Position numbers and translations under genes: made by a program. Below are positions 44,523-51,995 of a DNA stretch of 64,000 nt, one piece after another. The notes beneath the pieces were generated by a model. The model did not search any database, was not told the DNA's origin, and saw only the letters and a program-made list of their open reading frames with translations. Source of the DNA: a virus; the IMG/VR virus record IMGVR_UViG_3300040801_002079, positions 95,837 through 159,836 of that record; one strand, given 5' to 3'. The stretch's first letter is position 1. The number at the start of each line of letters is the position of its first letter.

Positions 44523-44729
44523 ATGGACTTAGAGAAAAAGGAACAGCTAGAAAAGCTGCATGACGGAATTGAAGAATTTTTAACATTTATTGAAGAACAC
44601 GAGGATATTGAAGAGGAAGATGGCGAGTATGAGTTTTTAGCCGATGAATCTGGTGTATCCAATACTGAATGGGATAATTTTATTGAATCCCTTAATGTTG
44701 TTAGTGAACATATTGAAAAATTAAAATAG
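44523..44729 (+). CDS. hypothetical acidic protein
   Basis: ORF track, 68 aa. Confidence 0.5.
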   Translation: MDLEKKEQLEKLHDGIEEFLTFIEEHEDIEEEDGEYEFLADESGVSNTEWDNFIESLNVVSEHIEKLK

Positions 44730-45095
44730 ATGTATACTGCATACGTATTAACAGAAAAATCTAGAAAGACCCTGTTCTTTCTTTTTCCACCAAAATATCC
44801 TGAGGTTATTGGTCACCATATAACCGAAACCTTCGGGGTTTCCAAAGATGCTGAAGCTCCGGAAATGCCAACGCTTGTTGAGGTTGTTGGCTACATCGAC
44901 AATGGTGATGGAGTTGAGGGATTCTTGGTGGAAATAGACGGGTCTAGTGATCGCCCATCTGGTGGTAAATATCACATTACATGGTCAATTGATCGTGATA
45001 AGGGATATAAGCCTGTTAATACTAATGATTATACAAATGATGCAAAACCGGTTAAGCCTGTACGATTGCAGGTTGAACCCAAAGTGCTCCGGTAG
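44730..45095 (+). CDS. hypothetical protein
   Basis: ORF track, 121 aa; its TAG stop lies inside the tRNA. Confidence 0.5.
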   Translation: MYTAYVLTEKSRKTLFFLFPPKYPEVIGHHITETFGVSKDAEAPEMPTLVEVVGYIDNGDGVEGFLVEIDGSSDRPSGGKYHITWSIDRDKGYKPVNTNDYTNDAKPVKPVRLQVEPKVLR

Positions 45096-45163
45096 CTCAG
45101 TTTGGTTAGAGCAAGAGCTTCTAAAACTCATGGTCGTGGGTTCGAATCCCGCCCGGAGCGCCA
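45086..45163 (+). tRNA. tRNA with CUA anticodon (amber-suppressor type); identity unknown; CCA encoded
   Basis: Cloverleaf read by hand: acceptor GCTCCGG/CCGGAGC, D-arm GCTC-AGTTTGGTTA-GAGC, anticodon loop TTCTAAA (U33-CUA-A37), T-arm GTGGG-TTCGAAT-CCCGC, discriminator G, CCA. Anticodon stem has only 3 Watson-Crick pairs. Confidence 0.6.
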
Positions 45164-45175
45164 AGAATTAAAGTT

Positions 45176-45484
45176 ATGTTGACAGAAGGCAAATACAGAA
45201 GTAACATAAAAACTGCGGTGTCTAATGTTAGACCTAACCGTCCACCACCAGCACCTAAGGGAACTAATACAGTGAAAAAGTCCAGAATAGACATAGATGT
45301 AAGCCCTGAAGTCTTTGTTGAAATTTACGAAGCTGTAAGCGATGAAGATACAAAAGCATTTGATATAAATCTCTTTGTTGACGGTAAGTTAGCAGGGAGA
45401 ATGACAGACATAAGTGCGGAAGATGGGGGCACTTTTTCAACATTAAACGCAAATGCAAGGAGAAATATAAAAGATGAGCAATAA
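45176..45484 (+). CDS. hypothetical protein
   Basis: ORF track, 102 aa. Confidence 0.5.
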   Translation: MLTEGKYRSNIKTAVSNVRPNRPPPAPKGTNTVKKSRIDIDVSPEVFVEIYEAVSDEDTKAFDINLFVDGKLAGRMTDISAEDGGTFSTLNANARRNIKDEQ

Positions 45485-45719
45485 TGAATTAGAAAGAGTT
45501 GAAAGATTGCAAAAAGTGGACATTAGTCCGGGTGATATACTGATTGTTTACGTAGATTATGGTAAACTTCCATCAGATAAAAGAGAGGCGTATGCTGAAA
45601 ATATCTTAACATATTACAAAAAGGCGTTACATCGAAGTGCGCTTAAAGATGTTAATATAATATTAGCGCCTAACACTTTTGATCATGCCGTTCTTCACGT
45701 AGTGGAAGAGCATATATAA
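45474..45719 (+). CDS. hypothetical protein
   Basis: ORF track, 81 aa. Confidence 0.5.
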   Translation: MSNNELERVERLQKVDISPGDILIVYVDYGKLPSDKREAYAENILTYYKKALHRSALKDVNIILAPNTFDHAVLHVVEEHI

Positions 45720-45752
45720 ATAATTTTATAGCCAAAGGAAGATAAAATTATG
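45715..45752 (+). promoter_or_regulatory. late-promoter/RBS cassette copy A (TATAAATAATTTTATAGCCAAAGGAAGATAAAATT-ATG)
   Basis: Exact TATAAATA plus AAGGAAG RBS directly before ATG 45750; 35/38 identical to copy B. Confidence 0.45.
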
Positions 45753-46034
45753 AATCAGTTTAGGGGGAGAGTTCCAAATTATGTTGATGCCGGTGAACTT
45801 CCTGAATTTGAGTTCGAAACCGAAGAAGAATTACTATCACACTATTGGCTCAAACATTGGACAGAAATGAGTGATTTTAAAGAATTTCGTTACTCTCCTA
45901 CTGGACGCAAAAGGGATTATGCTTATTATTTAATGGCAATAATTAAAACACCTCTGTTTAAAAAGAATGAACATTGGGTTATGGGATTTATAAAGTCATT
46001 AGATGGATTATCATTTAAAGAGTGGAAGGAATAG
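45750..46034 (+). CDS. hypothetical protein
   Basis: ORF track, 94 aa. Confidence 0.5.
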   Translation: MNQFRGRVPNYVDAGELPEFEFETEEELLSHYWLKHWTEMSDFKEFRYSPTGRKRDYAYYLMAIIKTPLFKKNEHWVMGFIKSLDGLSFKEWKE

Positions 46035-46039
46035 CAAGG

Positions 46040-46077
46040 TATAAATAATTTTATAACCAAAGGAGGATAAAATCATG
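46040..46077 (+). promoter_or_regulatory. late-promoter/RBS cassette copy B, followed by 2-codon ORF ATG-ACA-TAG
   Basis: TATAAATAATTTTATAACCAAAGGAGGATAAAATC-ATG. Confidence 0.4.
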
Positions 46078-46108
46078 ACATAGATTTACATACGTGGATC
46101 ACCATAAG

Positions 46109-46150
46109 TTAGTACCAAATTTAATATCGAATTTAGTACCAAATTTAATA
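46109..46150 (+). repeat. 18-bp direct repeat x2 (TTAGTACCAAATTTAATA) upstream of gene 46172
   Basis: Copies at ~46109-46126 and ~46133-46150. Confidence 0.5.
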
Positions 46151-46171
46151 CTTAACTTATGGAGATTTAAA

Positions 46172-46636
46172 ATGGAAACATTAGTAAAACAAGACGTAAA
46201 CTTGACAAACGAAATCACATCGTTCTTTGATTCCAAGGAACATTACTTAGAATTCATCGCTGCATGGAAAAAAAGCATAGCTGATGGATATCATGAAAGA
46301 CAGAAGTATACACACCGCATTTATGTTGATGGGTCCCACAAAGAAGTGGAGCTTAAGCATCCATCAAAGTTAACATGCGTTCATCACTTAATCTATAATG
46401 CGTTACGCAAAAAAGATTTACATAAATCTTTTGCACCGTTAACCAGCGAAGGTAAAATAAATGCCAACGCTTATCGTGATCCATATTATGCATTTAGACG
46501 AGCATGTGATGTTCTAGACCGCAATGTAACATCTCGTTGGGGTAGAACCGATTGGATCAAGGAGCCTTTTGGTGATACAGTAACAGATGAGATGTTAATT
46601 AAGTTGAATGCAGCGTTAAAATGTGTTAAGCTGTAA
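46172..46636 (+). CDS. hypothetical protein
   Basis: ATG with GGAG RBS (METLVKQD); track ORF 46094..46636 extends upstream through the repeats. Confidence 0.5.
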   Translation: METLVKQDVNLTNEITSFFDSKEHYLEFIAAWKKSIADGYHERQKYTHRIYVDGSHKEVELKHPSKLTCVHHLIYNALRKKDLHKSFAPLTSEGKINANAYRDPYYAFRRACDVLDRNVTSRWGRTDWIKEPFGDTVTDEMLIKLNAALKCVKL

Positions 46637-46643
46637 CTGAAGT

Positions 46644-46711
46644 AACAGGGTGGGTAGTTCTCCTCGGGGTTTTTGTTTATTTTTCCCCCTTTCATAGCTA
46701 CCCACCCTGTT
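46644..46711 (+). terminator. long-stem structured element (perfect 14-bp stem AACAGGGTGGGTAG...CTACCCACCCTGTT, 40-nt loop)
   Basis: Read directly; immediately followed by TATAAATA (46713-46720) and gene 46739. Confidence 0.45.
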
Positions 46712-46712
46712 T

Positions 46713-46720
46713 TATAAATA
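46713..46720 (+). promoter_or_regulatory. T4-late-type TATAAATA box for gene 46739
   Basis: Exact 8-mer 18 nt before the ATG, AAGGAAG RBS between. Confidence 0.4.
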
Positions 46721-46738
46721 TATCAATAAGGAAGAATT

Positions 46739-47242
46739 ATGACTAGCAAGTATAAACTATATTTGGATATGGACGGTGTTGTGAGTGATATGGACGCTAT
46801 GATGGCAGATATCACTAATGGTGCGTCTGAGCAGCCAGATTACCCTAGGGGAAAATTCTGGGGTGCAGTGTCGCGTTACAATAAAGAGGTTGCTCCATTC
46901 TTTGAGTCACTTCCTAAAACGAAAGATGCTGATAAACTCGTACAGTTTGCGACTGATAATTTTGATGATGTTGCCTTTTTAACAGCATCGGGAACAACTC
47001 CCAAGGATGGGCCTGAGCAAAAGCGTAGATGGGTTGAAAAGCATTACCCCGGTATGAGGGTCATTGTGGTAACCAAAAGCGCTGAGAAGGCCGTGTATGC
47101 CAATCCTCGGTCAATTCTAGTGGATGATAGGGATAAGTCTATTAATCCATGGAGAAAAGCTGGTGGAGTTGGTATACTCCACACCTCAGTGAACGACACA
47201 ATTAATCAACTAAGCTCTTTTATGCCTGACCACCGTCAGTAA
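46739..47242 (+). CDS. 5'(3')-deoxyribonucleotidase (HAD family, NT5C-like)
   Basis: LYLDMDGVVSD HAD motif I. Confidence 0.55.
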   Translation: MTSKYKLYLDMDGVVSDMDAMMADITNGASEQPDYPRGKFWGAVSRYNKEVAPFFESLPKTKDADKLVQFATDNFDDVAFLTASGTTPKDGPEQKRRWVEKHYPGMRVIVVTKSAEKAVYANPRSILVDDRDKSINPWRKAGGVGILHTSVNDTINQLSSFMPDHRQ

Positions 47243-48710
47243 TATTAAGTGAATATGTAGTTGTTAATGTGTTTCTAGCTGTTGTTGCTGCACCGGCTGA
47301 ATATTGAACATTACTAAAGTGCCAGTCACCTCCAGTGTTAATTCCAGCAAGCCCACTCCATGCAATAAGGACCTCATCATATTTCGCAGTGGAAAACGGG
47401 GTCGTGACTCCGTTACAGAAGTTTGGACCACTGCCGCTTAAGGGCCTCCATCCGGCAATATCAAGTCCTGTCATAGCGAAACACCCACTAAACATTTCAT
47501 CAAAATACTGAACGTCATCAACATCCCAGCCCGACACATCGGGGGCGGGGGTCATCACGCTACAATTTTCAAACATGCTATCCATGTCGGTTGCGCTTCC
47601 AGTATTCCAGTTACTAGTATCTGGTGGTGTAAGCATGGCATTACAGTCTTGGAACATACTCCAGAAAACACCAACATTACTTACGTCCCAATTACTAGTA
47701 TCAGGAGCAGAGGTCATATTAAGACAACCATAAAACATTCCTTCCATATTTGTAACATTTCCAACATTCCAGTCGGTTGTGTTCGGGGGATTTATTAAAG
47801 ACGTACAATCTTCGAACATATAATCCATGGAATCAACCAAATCAAATGTATTATTAACCCCAGCGTCAGTGGCTGTTATAGACGATAAGTTTGAACACAA
47901 GCGGAAGCCATTATTGCAATATAATAAACCTATGTCTCCCCAATTTTTTATTCCCACTAATTTGTCACGATCTGCTTGGGGCATAGTATCTGTTGTTATC
48001 CAACTAAATGTTCCCGTGATTGAAACATCATATGTCCCGGCTGTTGCATACGTGTGAATTCTTAATGGATCGGAGCCGCTCGTGATTGTATCACTATTTC
48101 CATCACCCCAATCTACATCATAACTATAGGTGCCCGTATTTCCGGATGGTAATTGTATAGTATCCCCATCACTCGCAATTGTCCATGTCGTAACAAAAGC
48201 GGCACTAACAGGCGATGGTGTTGGAGTTACCGTAGGAGTAACAGTCGGGGTAACGGCTGATGTAACCGTGACTGTGGGTGTTGGGGTTGGTAAGTTACTA
48301 TTTGTTGCAGCAAGAGCTACCCATTCCGTGGCTGAATACTTAGTAAGTTGCATACTGTTCCATTGGGTCGGTGTTGAGACAGCAAGTGTTGACCCATTAA
48401 TTGTATCAGTTGCGGGAGTCACAAACACCTCACCATTACCTAATTGCAACATAATACAGAAGAAGCCTTCGGGTAATCCATCAGGTAGTGTAACCGAAAC
48501 ATCATCATTACTAGTAAAGGCAACGGTCTTTCCATGGTCCGATGCCTGTATTGTATAAGTTAAACCCGCTTGAATGTTAAAAATAGGCTTATAAAAGAAG
48601 TCCCTAGCTGTTAATGAAAAGAATTTAAAGGTGCTAGCATTATCAACGCCCACTAGCTCCTCTGTTCCATCCAATGCTGTTTTTTCTGTTAAGTCATTAA
48701 TTCTTGCCAT
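47220..48710 (-). CDS. tail-fibre protein with TPTV linker and DUF285/BspA-like repeats
   Basis: About 4 repeats of WDVSNV..M..MF type (DUF285), an internal TPTPTVTVTSAVTPTVTPTVTPTPSP linker, AGGA RBS. Confidence 0.6.
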   Translation of the reverse strand: MARINDLTEKTALDGTEELVGVDNASTFKFFSLTARDFFYKPIFNIQAGLTYTIQASDHGKTVAFTSNDDVSVTLPDGLPEGFFCIMLQLGNGEVFVTPATDTINGSTLAVSTPTQWNSMQLTKYSATEWVALAATNSNLPTPTPTVTVTSAVTPTVTPTVTPTPSPVSAAFVTTWTIASDGDTIQLPSGNTGTYSYDVDWGDGNSDTITSGSDPLRIHTYATAGTYDVSITGTFSWITTDTMPQADRDKLVGIKNWGDIGLLYCNNGFRLCSNLSSITATDAGVNNTFDLVDSMDYMFEDCTSLINPPNTTDWNVGNVTNMEGMFYGCLNMTSAPDTSNWDVSNVGVFWSMFQDCNAMLTPPDTSNWNTGSATDMDSMFENCSVMTPAPDVSGWDVDDVQYFDEMFSGCFAMTGLDIAGWRPLSGSGPNFCNGVTTPFSTAKYDEVLIAWSGLAGINTGGDWHFSNVQYSAGAATTARNTLTTTYSLNITDGGQA

Positions 48711-48737
48711 TATATAATTCCTATATCTTATCTCTAT

Positions 48738-49334
48738 TTATGGTCCTGATAGTTGTTGTCCATCATGTCCATCAATCGTGTTACCATCCTGTCCTTCTAG
48801 ATATGTTCCATCGGCTACCGAAGGTGTAACCGTTGGGGTAACGGTGCTTGTAGGTGTAACCGTTGGGGTAACGGTGCTTGTAGGTGTAACCGTTGGGGTA
48901 ACGGTGCTTGTAGGTGTAGCCGTTTGTGTCGGAGTAACGGTACTTGTTGGGGTAACAGTCGGGGTAACAGTTGAAGTGGGTGTTAGTGTTGGAGTTACAG
49001 TTGGAGTTACAGTTGGAGTCGGTAATATGTTAAAGAAATCTGCCTCTCTGAATATTAAATTTAATGTCCCAGAAGTGGGTTCCGAAAACTCAATTAATAT
49101 GGTATTATTATCAACAATTTGAACAGATTGTGGTATAATTTCAGAATTACGGTTATCCAGAATCTGGAAATAAAGTTTGGTGGTTCTTCTCCAGTGCTTT
49201 ACATACCATGTATCAGAAGCTTTACGCACACGAACCCTCAAGCTTTTAAGGTTTGAGTCGGATATTTCATTGGTTGTATACCAGTTACCGTTTTCTAAGT
49301 CAATATAAAGTGGCTTGTATCTTGTTTTAAGCAT
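48738..49334 (-). CDS. structural protein with C-terminal (TPTVTPTS)n linker
   Basis: ORF track, 198 aa; repeat-encoded C-terminus. Confidence 0.55.
   Translation of the reverse strand: MLKTRYKPLYIDLENGNWYTTNEISDSNLKSLRVRVRKASDTWYVKHWRRTTKLYFQILDNRNSEIIPQSVQIVDNNTILIEFSEPTSGTLNLIFREADFFNILPTPTVTPTVTPTLTPTSTVTPTVTPTSTVTPTQTATPTSTVTPTVTPTSTVTPTVTPTSTVTPTVTPSVADGTYLEGQDGNTIDGHDGQQLSGP
48823..48912 (-). repeat. perfect 3 x 30-bp tandem repeat (ggtgtaaccgttggggtaacggtgcttgta), encodes VTPTSTVTPT x3
   Basis: Three identical units read directly; degenerate copies extend to about 49030. Confidence 0.8.
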
Positions 49335-49408
49335 ATTGGGTCCAATTTTCTACAATATATATTTATCCGTCATAAATATAATATATAAATTAAATATTGG
49401 ATTCCCTT

Positions 49409-49825
49409 ATGAAAAAGACATTAAAAGACAAATTGATTGATGAGGCTATGGATTTCTATAGGATTGATAGCCTGCTTGATGATGAAGATTTCGACATGGG
49501 AGAAGATGAAGATATGGATTTCGACTTCGATGATGAAGATTTCGATGATGAAATGGGGGAAGAAAATCCAGACAAGGCTGGTATGATAAGACCAGTTAAG
49601 GGTGCATATTTGGTTTATAAAAGAGTTACTCCCAATAATAACTATGAGGAGTTATGGGTTTATAATTTAGGTAACGTTAAATCTCAGACTCGGATCAGAA
49701 ACTCTATACTGGCTGGCACGGACATTGATCCTGTCGATCTAAGATCACCCGATAATGAGCAATCAGCTACTACATGGTCGAAGGGTAATGTGCAATATCT
49801 TCATATCGATGGATTGCCCAATTAA
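49409..49825 (+). CDS. acidic hypothetical protein
   Basis: ATG 49409 (MKKTLKD) within track ORF 49397..49825; TATAAATT 18 nt upstream. Confidence 0.5.
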   Translation: MKKTLKDKLIDEAMDFYRIDSLLDDEDFDMGEDEDMDFDFDDEDFDDEMGEENPDKAGMIRPVKGAYLVYKRVTPNNNYEELWVYNLGNVKSQTRIRNSILAGTDIDPVDLRSPDNEQSATTWSKGNVQYLHIDGLPN

Positions 49826-49828
49826 CCG

Positions 49829-49857
49829 TTGACATTTTTCAAATTAGGTTATACACT
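49829..49857 (+). promoter_or_regulatory. sigma70-type promoter (TTGACA-N17-TACACT)
   Basis: Precedes gene 49884; palindromic CTATAG x2 just downstream. Confidence 0.35.
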
Positions 49858-49883
49858 TCTATAGTTATTCTATAGGAGGAAGC

Positions 49884-50450
49884 ATGTCACTAATAACAAT
49901 AAGCGGATCGCAAGGTCAAGGCAAAACCACAGTTTTATCATCCCTTGCTGAATTAGGCTATAACGTAATTCCACATAAAACATCCCGTCTGATCTTAGAT
50001 GATTGGGGCTACACTTTAAACGAGGTTAACAAAGATTTAAACTTGAAAAAGAAGTTTCAGGATGAAATTCTTGTTCGCCACGTAGAAAATAATAGAATCG
50101 CATTAGAGTCCGATGAAGTGTTTCTGTCTGAGCGATCTTTCGCTGACATATTCACGTACACTATATTCACTCTTGGAGCATTCAATGAGTATAGTGAGTG
50201 GCTGGACGGGTATTATCAAAAATGTAAGCAGGGTCAGGCAATGTATGACGCGGTTATTTCTTTAAGTGGAAGAACCACTGATATTGACAATGATGGTGTT
50301 AGATCAGTCAATCAACACTTCACTGAATCCATTGATATTGTATTACAGTTTTATCTTGAGCAGTTTACTGGTCCTGATTTGGTTAGAGTTAGCACACCAG
50401 ATCATGCTGAAAGAGTAACAGAGATATGTAATTACATTGATTCCATTTAA
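49884..50450 (+). CDS. P-loop kinase, AAA_28/NadR-type (putative nicotinamide riboside kinase)
   Basis: ITISGSQGQGKTTVLSSLAELGYNVIPHKTSR ... ERSFADIFTYT pattern resembles NadR C-domain kinases. Confidence 0.45.
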   Translation: MSLITISGSQGQGKTTVLSSLAELGYNVIPHKTSRLILDDWGYTLNEVNKDLNLKKKFQDEILVRHVENNRIALESDEVFLSERSFADIFTYTIFTLGAFNEYSEWLDGYYQKCKQGQAMYDAVISLSGRTTDIDNDGVRSVNQHFTESIDIVLQFYLEQFTGPDLVRVSTPDHAERVTEICNYIDSI

Positions 50451-50471
50451 TTATTTTATATAAATATACTT

Positions 50472-50723
50472 GTGAACACTGTAAAACCAAGAAAGAAACA
50501 AAGGCGCAAAGCCATAAGAGAGGCAGCGCCTGCTGATGCAAAGGAAGTTGATAACTTAAAGCGAGAACTTGCTGCGCAGCGTAAGGCTATCAACACTTTG
50601 GAGCGGTCAAATAAGTACTTGCGTGACAGGCTTTCTAATGTTGAATACAGGGTGAGCGTAGCAGATCGCATTCTAACCAATCTTCAGAATGCGGTTAACA
50701 AGTTCTCAAGGATAATCAGATAA
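50472..50723 (+). CDS. coiled-coil hypothetical protein
   Basis: ORF track, 83 aa (non-ATG start). Confidence 0.4.
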   Translation: MNTVKPRKKQRRKAIREAAPADAKEVDNLKRELAAQRKAINTLERSNKYLRDRLSNVEYRVSVADRILTNLQNAVNKFSRIIR

Positions 50724-51178
50724 TGCAAATCAATGTCAGGGAAAAGAAAATAGAAGATGGTCGCTTTGGGTTCTTTGGCCCAACGTCCGTACTCTTTACA
50801 CCCTTTACAAAAATCATATGTGGGGTGTTATTGGTTGGTTTACTGGGAAGTTTGGGTGTAACTACTTGGAAGGTTTTTGAAACAAAAAATCTGAAAATTG
50901 AATTACTTGAAGTAAAGAATGATAATACGCACCTGAATAATGAACTGGATATCTGTAAATTTGAATTGGACGATACAAATATTAGAATTGCAGAAATACA
51001 AGCGGCTTCAGAAAAGGATATGCAGATCATAAGGGAAGTTAATGAAGAACTCAGTAAACTTACCGTTGAACAGAAAAAAGAAATTAATAGACTGAAATCA
51101 TTACCCGCACCAGAGGGGTGTGATGGAGCCACGGAATGGTTACGGGATAATCTGGACATATTTACGAGGCAGCAATGA
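50723..51178 (+). CDS. i-spanin-like protein (N-terminal TM, periplasmic coiled coil)
   Basis: Topology read from the sequence; overlaps the following lipoprotein gene. Confidence 0.4.
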   Translation: MQINVREKKIEDGRFGFFGPTSVLFTPFTKIICGVLLVGLLGSLGVTTWKVFETKNLKIELLEVKNDNTHLNNELDICKFELDDTNIRIAEIQAASEKDMQIIREVNEELSKLTVEQKKEINRLKSLPAPEGCDGATEWLRDNLDIFTRQQ

Positions 51179-51636
51179 AAAATCTAATAGTGTTAAGCAT
51201 AAGTGCAATCATACTAATGGGCTGTGGTCATCAGCAAGTTAAAACTGTATATCAGGATAAGTATATCCCCATACCTATTGTTCCAGCACCACCCGAGGTT
51301 GCAAAACCTGAATATTATTCAGAAACACTAACCGATGAGCAAAAAGAAGACATTGGTGAGTTGGCTAAAGCTTACGTTATAGACTCTAAGCAAGCAAAGG
51401 CTTATGCTGATAACCTTGAACGAGTGTATGAAACATACGGTGATATGGCAACAAGCTCAGAAAACCGATTAAAAGCATTAGAAAGTCTGGGAGCTACTGT
51501 TGATAGAAGTTTAATGGAGCAGGCATCTGCCGAGATTAATACTGAACTAAAATCACTATCTTTGCAAATTGAAACGAACAGCGAAGAGGTTGATTCGGAC
51601 ATAGAAGAACTCAGGCAGATGAAAAAGCCTGAATAG
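51175..51636 (+). CDS. lipoprotein (o-spanin-like, unusually long)
   Basis: Signal peptide plus LMGC lipobox, Pro-rich segment. Confidence 0.4.
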   Translation: MKNLIVLSISAIILMGCGHQQVKTVYQDKYIPIPIVPAPPEVAKPEYYSETLTDEQKEDIGELAKAYVIDSKQAKAYADNLERVYETYGDMATSSENRLKALESLGATVDRSLMEQASAEINTELKSLSLQIETNSEEVDSDIEELRQMKKPE

Positions 51637-51660
51637 TTCCCTTTATTCATAAATACCCTT

Positions 51661-51981
51661 ATGAAATTAAAAACTTTATTCGAAGCCAAAAAATCAGAAG
51701 ATAAGGTGGTATTTAAGGAAACTGATCCGCAGTTGCCGTTTCCTAATGATACCATCACGGCTATTAAAAAGAGAATTAATGTTTTTGCTAAGGACTTGAC
51801 AACCGACTGGGATAGTGCAGTTGAAATGTTAGATGCTGTCCTTATGGAATTGAAAGTTCCAAAGCCTCAAGCTTATTTAAAAGAGCGGTGGAGACAATAC
51901 CAAGAGTTAATTGAATTTACAGTAGAAAATTTATATGACTCTAGGGGCTTTGGTGGCAACTGGAATAGAGTTGTAAAATAA
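51661..51981 (+). CDS. hypothetical protein
   Basis: ORF track, 106 aa. Confidence 0.5.
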   Translation: MKLKTLFEAKKSEDKVVFKETDPQLPFPNDTITAIKKRINVFAKDLTTDWDSAVEMLDAVLMELKVPKPQAYLKERWRQYQELIEFTVENLYDSRGFGGNWNRVVK

Positions 51982-51995
51982 CTTCGGAGAATGTA

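Noticed and set aside
45086-45163. Alternative reading of the tRNA as tRNA-Arg(UCU)
   Set aside because: Using TCT as anticodon requires a 9-nt loop or a stem with 3 mismatches. The CUA registration gives the canonical 7-nt loop with U33 and A37. Kept as a caveat in the finding.
48805-49030. Perfect 30-bp direct repeats considered as a CRISPR-like array
   Set aside because: Units are directly tandem with no spacers. They are in-frame coding sequence for a TPTV linker and recur as degenerate copies in other fibre genes.
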